The position numbers and the translations under genes were made by a program. From the NCBI GenBank assembly GCA_002790315.1, contig PFUW01000003.1:1-38014 (forward strand): 38,014 nucleotides of DNA, given 5' to 3'. The stretch comes from Candidatus Huberarchaeum crystalense. GTDB taxonomy: Archaea; Huberarchaeota; Huberarchaeia; Huberarchaeales; Huberarchaeaceae. The number at the start of each line of letters is the position of its first letter. The first letter of the stretch is position 1. Positions 9,232 to 15,880 of this stretch are shown here, piece by piece. The notes beneath the pieces are model-generated. The model was not told where the DNA came from, made no database searches, and was given only the letters and a program-made list of their open reading frames with translations.

Positions 9232-10434
9232 TTAAATCCCTAAAAACCACAAAATTGTTGGAACAAGCAAAACACCCATAAGTTGAGAGTGGCGGCAACC
9301 AACATAATTTGGCAAAATTCCAAGAAACATTGCGATTGTAAAAACAAGCAGTCCATAAAATCCACACATAAACACAACCATACAAAACAGAAAAAGCAAA
9401 ACAATCTTTATCAACAAAATATAATCAAGCAAAGCAAAAATCTTAATAAAGTGCTTTCCAAGAAATAAAGTCAAAACAGCGCCAGCAAAAACAGCAAAAA
9501 AGCAAGCAGCAATCAAAACAAAAATCTCATTCAAAACAAGATTTGGACTTATTATTGAAATAGCAACAACTGCACCAGATCTGGTTTTTTCAAGTAAATA
9601 TAAAGTCAGCAAGCAAACAAAAACATTTACAGTATTTATCGCGCCTGTTGCAATTAAAAATGTGCGAACATTCCTTAGAGCAGGATTAATTTCCATTGCA
9701 AGTATGTTTGCTTGTGCAGGTCCAACCCCGGGGAGAAAACTAAGTGCTGTGCCTGCAATTGTTCCTGTGATTCCACCTTGCAAACTCTCGCTCTTATAAA
9801 CTTTAAAATTAAGATCTTGCTTAGGGGGGAGCGTTGTTTTGTGCAAAATACTAAACAGCAAAAAACTCGCACCAAAAAGTCCTGAAAGCATAGGGAAAAG
9901 TGGTTTGTCAATAAACCCTGCGCGCAAAACCATAAAACCCAAAGCACCTGAAAGCAAAAAAATTGTTGCCGCCCAAAAGATTTTTGGGTCGCGCAAAATT
10001 AATAACAAAGAAATTATAATAAGAATAAAGGCCATATATTGCTCAACAAAAAAATAAAATGCGTTCAAGAAAAAGAATAAAAGTGGTGAAAGCCCTAGTA
10101 CAAACAAAAAGCCAAAAATTCCGCCAAAAACAGTCAAAGCAACTGCTTCATAACCTTGTCCTTTCATAAGAAGCTGGTGGCCCGGCAAAATACTAAGTGC
10201 TGTTTCTGGTTCTGGTGCACCCAAATAAATTGAAGGAATAAAATCAACAAAAGAATGAACTATTGCCACAACAAGTATAAAAATTGAAATTTCAAAAGGA
10301 GAAAAATAATTTAAAAGAAAAACAGATGTAGCCAACAAACCAGCAGCAATAGTATTAATATGAATCCCTGGCATTAAACCAGTAAATACTCCAACTAACG
10401 CACCAACAAAAAGAACAAAAACAAAATCAAGCAT
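9232..10434 (-). CDS. TctA-like (DUF112) tripartite tricarboxylate transporter family permease
   Basis: GVFTGLMPGIHINT, FIPSIYLGAP, ALSILPGH and LPGVGPAQA motifs; polytopic membrane protein. Confidence 0.85.
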   Translation of the reverse strand: MLDFVFVLFVGALVGVFTGLMPGIHINTIAAGLLATSVFLLNYFSPFEISIFILVVAIVHSFVDFIPSIYLGAPEPETALSILPGHQLLMKGQGYEAVALTVFGGIFGFLFVLGLSPLLFFFLNAFYFFVEQYMAFILIIISLLLILRDPKIFWAATIFLLSGALGFMVLRAGFIDKPLFPMLSGLFGASFLLFSILHKTTLPPKQDLNFKVYKSESLQGGITGTIAGTALSFLPGVGPAQANILAMEINPALRNVRTFLIATGAINTVNVFVCLLTLYLLEKTRSGAVVAISIISPNLVLNEIFVLIAACFFAVFAGAVLTLFLGKHFIKIFALLDYILLIKIVLLFLFCMVVFMCGFYGLLVFTIAMFLGILPNYVGCRHSQLMGVLLVPTILWFLGI

Positions 10435-10837
10435 TGTTTTTTACTTTCTCAACTCTCTCTGCAAAAAGCACAACCCCATACCAATAATTTACTATACCAA
10501 CAACATTTACTTTTTCACCAGATGAAGGAACATATAAATCAGAATTACGCAAATAAACAACAATCTCGCTATTTTCATCAGTTAAAGTAAAGTGGGCGCG
10601 CGTCTCGTTTCGCATGCAAAGACAAAATGTGTTGTCGTGAAACTCGCGATTAAATTTGCTTTTGACAATCTTTGTTGCAACTCCTTCAACTGCAACAACA
10701 TAATTTAACATATCAACAGATATGTCTGCAACTGCAATTTTCTTAGGTGCAAATGTCAAATAAACAAACAAAACAAGGATTAAGCCAATAATGCTTAAAA
10801 CAAAAAATATTTTTATATAATTGTTGTTTTGGTTCAT
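10427..10837 (-). CDS. Membrane-anchored OB-fold protein
   Basis: N-terminal TM helix followed by an OB-like pattern (VAVEGVATKI...FTLTDENSEIVVY...GEKVNVVGIV...AERVEKV); overlaps the permease start by 8 bp. Confidence 0.65.
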   Translation of the reverse strand: MNQNNNYIKIFFVLSIIGLILVLFVYLTFAPKKIAVADISVDMLNYVVAVEGVATKIVKSKFNREFHDNTFCLCMRNETRAHFTLTDENSEIVVYLRNSDLYVPSSGEKVNVVGIVNYWYGVVLFAERVEKVKNNA

Positions 10838-10873
10838 ATAATTTTTAGTTTATATAGAAAAAATACAGAAATC

Positions 10874-11488
10874 TTAAAACAAAAAAGCTATATATGTCTT
10901 AATNNNNNNNNNNNNGCAGTATAGCATCTTATACACAGAAAAGGGGCTATAAAAAGGTGATGCTAAAATATGTTCTCTTTGATTTTCTGTATACCTACCA
11001 ACCATTTCAAAAAAATTACCAATATCAAAAGATTTTTTATTAAAAATAATAGTATTTCCTTCTTTTTCAATATGTTGAGCATATTTAAAATATTTCAAAG
11101 AAAGATCTTTCCTATTTATATTTAAAAATAAATAAAATATTTTTTTATCTTGCATCTTACAAAGATCAATATATGTAAACAATTGATTTAGGTTGATAAT
11201 GTATTGCTTATCCTTGCTATTTTTAACTTCTATCTCAATTCTTCCTGATTTGTTGTTTTCTTGTTCAATACTAAAATCAGCATTAAATACATCTATATTA
11301 TAAGTGTCTTCTTTTTTTTTGCTTAAATAAGATTCTACAACTTTTGAAACAACAATATCCCAAAAAGAAACAAAATTAACTTTACGTCCGTCTGTTTTTG
11401 TAAGAACAAAATTAGTCATATCCTGACTATTCCCATTAGTTTTAGATATTTCATAAATATTTTCTTTACTAAAACAATTATAAATCAT
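10874..11488 (-). CDS. Hypothetical protein, possible PD-(D/E)xK nuclease fold (3' end uncertain, N-gap)
   Basis: VVESYL...ADF...IEVKNS...NQLFTY resembles the E / D / ExK / QxxxY arrangement. Confidence 0.5.
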   Translation of the reverse strand: MIYNCFSKENIYEISKTNGNSQDMTNFVLTKTDGRKVNFVSFWDIVVSKVVESYLSKKKEDTYNIDVFNADFSIEQENNKSGRIEIEVKNSKDKQYIINLNQLFTYIDLCKMQDKKIFYLFLNINRKDLSLKYFKYAQHIEKEGNTIIFNKKSFDIGNFFEMVGRYTENQREHILASPFYSPFSVYKMLYCXXXXIKTYIAFLF

Positions 11489-11510
11489 ATATTTTTGTCG
11501 GGTTTGTTTG

Positions 11511-11774
11511 GGGCGCGCATTAGCCTGCCTTATACTTTCTTCTTGGTTAAAACCAACAGAAGCAGAAACATTTATCTACAGCCAAAGCTGTGTTAGCGAT
11601 ATTATATCTTGCATTCAAGAGGCAAAGAAATTTCATCCAAAATGTGCGCGCTCAATTAATATCACAGCTTGCGCAAATCAGGTATTTTCTGTTTCTTTGC
11701 GAGACATTACATCTACACACTATACGAATGGGCAGAACTTGGTTCACTTTGCAGCGAAAGTTTCTTACGCACCC
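11511..11774 (-). ncRNA. rnpB: RNase P RNA (short, divergent)
   Basis: Minus strand folds as P1 GGGTGCGTA/TGCGCGCCC, P2 AGAAAC/GTTTCT, P3 TTCGC/GTGAA, P4 AGT(T)CTGCC/GGCAGGCT, P5 CATTC/GAATG and P10-11 GCAAAGA/TCTTTGC. CR-II ACAGAAA, CR-III GATGAAA, TGCAAG and AGATAAATG occur in the correct order. Confidence 0.88.
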
Positions 11775-11815
11775 TATTGTTTTTATAATAGAGCAAAAAC
11801 CTTTACAAAAAAAGT

Positions 11816-12349
11816 ATGGACAACAAAACAAAACCAAAACCAAACATTGTAGATGACGAAATAAAAACAATGACTCTTCCTATAAGAGTTAAAGAGAGAC
11901 CGCGGAGAGACCGCGCTAATGCAGCAATAAACATAATAAAAAAACAAATAAGCAAAAATCTTGGTAGTGTCGTCGAAATTTCCAAAATAGTTGTTGGCGA
12001 GTCAATAAATAAAGCTGTTTTTGCAAGGGGGCGCGAAAGACCACCACACTCTTTAAAAATTTCTGCTAAAAAAACCAAAGGTATATATTATACTGAGCTC
12101 GAAGGAGTTGAGATTAAGCAAAAAATAATTGAAAAAAAGACATTGGGAGGAAAAAAGCCGCATGAAAAGGGGTTTGCAGGAATGTTGGAGCAGATGAAGA
12201 AAAAAGCAGGAATTGAAGAAAAGAAAAGCGAAGAAAGCGAAAAGACAAAACAAGAAGTGACACCTGCTGCTGAAACAAAAGTAGAAACACTGCGAGAATT
12301 AAAGGAAAAAGAAAGCGAAAAAGTTGATAAAGAAATTATGAAGAAATAA
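11816..12349 (+). CDS. rpl31e: 50S ribosomal protein L31e with long charged C-terminal extension
   Basis: PRRDRANAAINIIKKQI...ESINKAVFARGRERPPHSLKI matches the L31e pattern. Confidence 0.85.
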   Translation: MDNKTKPKPNIVDDEIKTMTLPIRVKERPRRDRANAAINIIKKQISKNLGSVVEISKIVVGESINKAVFARGRERPPHSLKISAKKTKGIYYTELEGVEIKQKIIEKKTLGGKKPHEKGFAGMLEQMKKKAGIEEKKSEESEKTKQEVTPAAETKVETLRELKEKESEKVDKEIMKK

Positions 12350-12435
12350 GCAAAAATATTGTGGTGTGGTAGTTAGGAATATTGTAAAAATAATACTTTA
12401 AATTTTTGGTTTTAGGTATTTTTGAAATCAAAAGT

Positions 12436-12711
12436 TTATTCTAAAGCCAATCTAATATCTTCACTAGTAATTGTTTGTCTTTTTGCATGCTTGCTAAATT
12501 TTACAGCTCTTTCTGCGACATCTCTGCCGTACTTTGCAATTAAATTAAGTAATGCGTCGCGCGCCTCTTTTGAAACTCTTGGAGCACCAGCAACTTTAAA
12601 CAATCTTATAGCTACTGATTCTGGAATAATTAGATTTTTTCTTTCCTTTTTTGGAGTTGTTTGTTTTTTTTCAGTTTGCACAGTTTCTTTTTTTAGCTTT
12701 TTGATTGCCAT
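12436..12711 (-). CDS. Archaeal histone with Lys-rich N-terminal tail
   Basis: Histone fold IPESVAIRLFKVAGAPRVSKEARDAL...AVKFSKHAKRQTITSEDIRLA, preceded by about 25 extra residues. Confidence 0.93.
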   Translation of the reverse strand: MAIKKLKKETVQTEKKQTTPKKERKNLIIPESVAIRLFKVAGAPRVSKEARDALLNLIAKYGRDVAERAVKFSKHAKRQTITSEDIRLALE

Positions 12712-12754
12712 AATATATTTATATTATTTGCATATTTTTAGGACAAAAAATAAT

Positions 12755-13654
12755 ATGGAATCAGAAGAAATTGAAAAATACAAAGAAGCAGGGAACATTG
12801 CAAAAGAAGCAAAAAATCTTGCTGCAGAAATTGTTAAAATAGGAGCCAGTGATTTGGATGTTGCAGAAAAACTCGAAGAATTTATCCTGAGCAAAACAGG
12901 CGAGCGGGGGGGTTTGGCATTTCCTGTTTCAGTTTGCGTAAATGAAATTGCTGCACACAAAACACCGAGTATTCAAAACCCTTATCTTTTTAAAAAAGGA
13001 GATGTTGTAAAAATAGATCTTGGTGTGCATATAAATGGATATATTGCAGATACAGCTACTACTTTTGATTTTGGTGACAATAAAAATCTTTTACAAACAA
13101 ACAAGCTTGCCTTGAAAAAAGCAATCGAAGCAATTAAAAAGGACAAACCTCTTGGTGATCTTGGAAAAATTGTCGAGCAAACAATGAAGGGTAGGGGATT
13201 TATGCCAATAACTAATCTAGCTGGCCATCAAATTAAACCATACAATATCCATGCGGGAGTAAGTGTTCCTAATTGCGAAACAAACAACCAAGCAAAATTT
13301 CAAAAAGGAGAAGCATATGCAATAGAGCCGTTTGCTACTACTGGTTGTGGATTGGTTGTTAGTAGCGCGGGGGGGGGGATTATGAAGGTCTTAAAGCCAG
13401 AAGCAAAACCAAGGTTAGAAACCAGCCGCACTATTTTGAAGTATGTTATTGATAATTTTGGACTTTTTGAGTTTTCTAAGCGAAATATTTTAAAAAAATA
13501 CCCAAATGCGCAATTATTTATTGAATCATTGAAAAAAGACGGCGTGCTTTATGAGTACCCGGGCCTCAAAGAAAAAACCAATGCAGTTGTTTCACAATTT
13601 GAAGATACTATTTTGGTTTTAGGCGATGGTAAAATCATAATAACTACAAGTTAA
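12755..13654 (+). CDS. map: Type II methionine aminopeptidase
   Basis: NEIAAH, KIDLGVHINGYIADTA, NLAGH, IHAG, AIEPF and SQFEDT motifs. Start placed at ATG 12755 because the ORF-track extension is antisense to the histone gene. Confidence 0.95.
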   Translation: MESEEIEKYKEAGNIAKEAKNLAAEIVKIGASDLDVAEKLEEFILSKTGERGGLAFPVSVCVNEIAAHKTPSIQNPYLFKKGDVVKIDLGVHINGYIADTATTFDFGDNKNLLQTNKLALKKAIEAIKKDKPLGDLGKIVEQTMKGRGFMPITNLAGHQIKPYNIHAGVSVPNCETNNQAKFQKGEAYAIEPFATTGCGLVVSSAGGGIMKVLKPEAKPRLETSRTILKYVIDNFGLFEFSKRNILKKYPNAQLFIESLKKDGVLYEYPGLKEKTNAVVSQFEDTILVLGDGKIIITTS

Positions 13655-13710
13655 TCTATTTATTTATGTAAAAATGTAAGAAATATCATTTGTTTTATAT
13701 AAAAAAACAT

Positions 13711-14397
13711 ATGACAGAGATTACAACTAATGAAATGCATAAAATAATAATAATTCTTGTTGTTTTTATATTGCTTGCTTTTTTCATAGTGTCTTACTTA
13801 ACTCCTAAAACTATGCAAGATAATGCTAATGACATTAATAATTATGAAAGCCCGTTTGTTCGTGAAATAAAGTGTGCAGAGTTTACAAAAAACTGCGGTA
13901 TAAACTCAGAATATAGCCTCGCGTGCAATGAAACACTAANNNNNNNNAGAAAGGCAATGAATGGTGCGCGCGCTATTTGCACAAAATTTTCTACTTTGGT
14001 AGATGTTTATTTGGTTGAAGGGCAGTGTGTAGATAATGCTGGGACTGTTCTCGATAAAATTCTAAACAGCGAATCAACACAACAACAATCAATTCAATAC
14101 GCAGGATTCTCAGGTATTAGTTTTCAAGCAAAGCAAAATATACCATATTGTGTTGTAGCTATAGAAAAAAACCATTGTTTTAATGTTAATTTGTCTTTTG
14201 CATCACCAAAAGTAATATGTGGGGTTGACAAAGTTCCAAATAATATGGATAATGCGGTATGTAGCGGCAGTATTCCAAAGATTTGTTATTATTTTTATTC
14301 TGTTGATAAATGTGGTTCAGAAACGGGTAAATTTTGTGAAATAAAAGTTCCTGTTCCTCTTGTTTTCAACACTGAAAAATGCGGAGGCAATAATTAA
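13711..14397 (+). CDS. Hypothetical membrane-anchored Cys-rich protein
   Basis: N-terminal hydrophobic helix, 13 Cys in the visible sequence, contains an N-gap; ATG 13711 is the likely start. Confidence 0.7.
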   Translation: MTEITTNEMHKIIIILVVFILLAFFIVSYLTPKTMQDNANDINNYESPFVREIKCAEFTKNCGINSEYSLACNETLXXXRKAMNGARAICTKFSTLVDVYLVEGQCVDNAGTVLDKILNSESTQQQSIQYAGFSGISFQAKQNIPYCVVAIEKNHCFNVNLSFASPKVICGVDKVPNNMDNAVCSGSIPKICYYFYSVDKCGSETGKFCEIKVPVPLVFNTEKCGGNN

Positions 14398-15086
14398 TGC
14401 AATATGAAAAGATTGTTAAACTATTAATAGGTGTTTTAGCATTAGTAGTAATTATATATTTGACTTTTATGTTTTTCACACAAGCAGGAGGAAAAACAAA
14501 ATGGGTTTTATATCAAGATGAAGAGGGAACAATACCACATGTTAGCGATGCTGTTATAAATTATCAATGTATTTCTAAAATTGAGTTGTGCGCAGCAACA
14601 GGTGGGGGGGCAGCATTTGAGCAGTGCAATGGTATTGAGTTGGCTAAAACTTGTGGTATACTTTGTGAAAAATATTGTAAGCAAAAAGGAAAAGCCCAAA
14701 AACCAAGTTGTGCGAGTTGGCAAAATTTAAAAAAATACGCTTGCAAAAAAGATGATTTGTATAGTGTTAGTATTATATTATCTGCTAAAACTGATAATAA
14801 AAATAACAAACAAATAATTACAAAAAATAATGAAAATACAGATAAACTAAATATTTTGAGTTTTGGTGTTGTTGGCAGTGATGATACAAACATAACAATT
14901 ATATTAAATAATAAAGCAAACGTGTTAGATTTTAATAACAGTTATGCAATATATGTAAGCAAAAACAAAATAAATGTTATGCAACTTGGCGAAATGAAAA
15001 GTGAAAATGGAAAATACTTAATATCAACATCTTGTTTGTTAAAACAATCTACAAGCAACATGGAAAATATGTGTGCTTGTACTTAA
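14397..15086 (+). CDS. Hypothetical membrane-anchored Cys-rich protein
   Basis: N-terminal hydrophobic helix, 11 Cys; TAATG stop/start overlap with the previous gene. Confidence 0.72.
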   Translation: MQYEKIVKLLIGVLALVVIIYLTFMFFTQAGGKTKWVLYQDEEGTIPHVSDAVINYQCISKIELCAATGGGAAFEQCNGIELAKTCGILCEKYCKQKGKAQKPSCASWQNLKKYACKKDDLYSVSIILSAKTDNKNNKQIITKNNENTDKLNILSFGVVGSDDTNITIILNNKANVLDFNNSYAIYVSKNKINVMQLGEMKSENGKYLISTSCLLKQSTSNMENMCACT

Positions 15087-15140
15087 AGTGAATCTTCTTG
15101 AACTAAAAAGAGCAGTATAAAAATAATCTAAAAATATTAT

Positions 15141-15212
15141 CCCTTCCTAGCTCAACGGTAGAGCGCTTGGCTGTAGACCGAGATGTTCCCGGTTCAAATC
15201 TGGGGGAAGGGA
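15141..15212 (+). tRNA. tRNA-Tyr, anticodon GTA (intronless)
   Basis: C1-G72 acceptor CCCTTCC/GGAAGGG with A73; anticodon arm CTTGG-CTGTAGA-CCGAG; short variable loop (archaeal/eukaryal type). Confidence 0.95.
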
Positions 15213-15245
15213 CTATCTAATATATAGTGTTCTTTGCTCACTCTA

Positions 15246-15345
15246 ATAAAAGATATATAAACTAAATAATTTTGATTGTAGTGGGATAAAAGATATATAA
15301 ATTAAATAATTTTGATTGCAGTGAGATAAAAGATATATAAACCAA
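15246..15345. repeat. 40-bp tandem repeat, about 2.5 copies (ATAAAAGATATATAAAYTAAATAATTTTGATTGYAGTGRG)
   Basis: Units start at 15246, 15286 and 15326. Confidence 0.85.
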
Positions 15346-15355
15346 ACTAATTTAT

Positions 15356-15829
15356 TTAATTTTCCACAAAACCAACAATGTTTTGTTGTTTAAGTGTGAG
15401 TGCTTGTTCTATTGGAATTGTAGTAATATCTTCTTTTTTAAAAGGCCCGTATGGCTTTAAGTCGCTTCCGAGAAACGCATCACAATCTTTGTTGAATTTA
15501 ACAAGCGCGTGTTTGCCTTTTTTCAAGGAAAAAATTTTCTCGATATTGTTATTAAAAATATCTTTTAAGGTCCTGTAGAGTTGAAATTCTTCATCAAGCA
15601 GATTTGTGAGGTCTTCTTTTTCAAACAAAATTGCGCGCTGGGCAATCTTTATCATCCGAGATTGCATAAAATCTTTAACTAAAAGTTGCGCTTGTTTTTT
15701 TATAGTTTCATCATCTGTAAAATTAAAAAACTCTTCAAGTTCTTTAAAAAAATTTGAGGGTAAATCTGTTAAATCATTATTTGTTTTTTCCTTTCTACGC
15801 GCCTCACTAATATATTTAAAAGTTATCAT
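15356..15829 (-). CDS. GINS complex subunit (Gins15/Gins51 type)
   Basis: A domain (EARRKEK...LTDLPSNFF...SRMIKI...NLLDEE) followed by B domain (FLGSDLKPYGPFKKEDITTIP); immediately downstream of the primase gene. Confidence 0.88.
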   Translation of the reverse strand: MITFKYISEARRKEKTNNDLTDLPSNFFKELEEFFNFTDDETIKKQAQLLVKDFMQSRMIKIAQRAILFEKEDLTNLLDEEFQLYRTLKDIFNNNIEKIFSLKKGKHALVKFNKDCDAFLGSDLKPYGPFKKEDITTIPIEQALTLKQQNIVGFVEN

Positions 15830-15880
15830 AAATTATTTATTTTCTGCGTGGCTATAACTAATAATATCTCTTTCATTCTT

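Noticed and set aside
11508-11870. Short ORFs 11508-11852, 11590-11856 and 11652-11870 (checked for L39e/L40e)
   Set aside because: No ribosomal-protein motifs; the region is explained by the RNase P RNA.
12422-12754. Hydrophobic N-terminal extension of MetAP in the ORF track
   Set aside because: It is the antisense of the histone gene; MetAP homology starts at ATG 12755.
15246-15345. Possible mini-CRISPR array after tRNA-Tyr
   Set aside because: Units are contiguous near-identical 40-mers with no unique spacers, and there are no cas genes.
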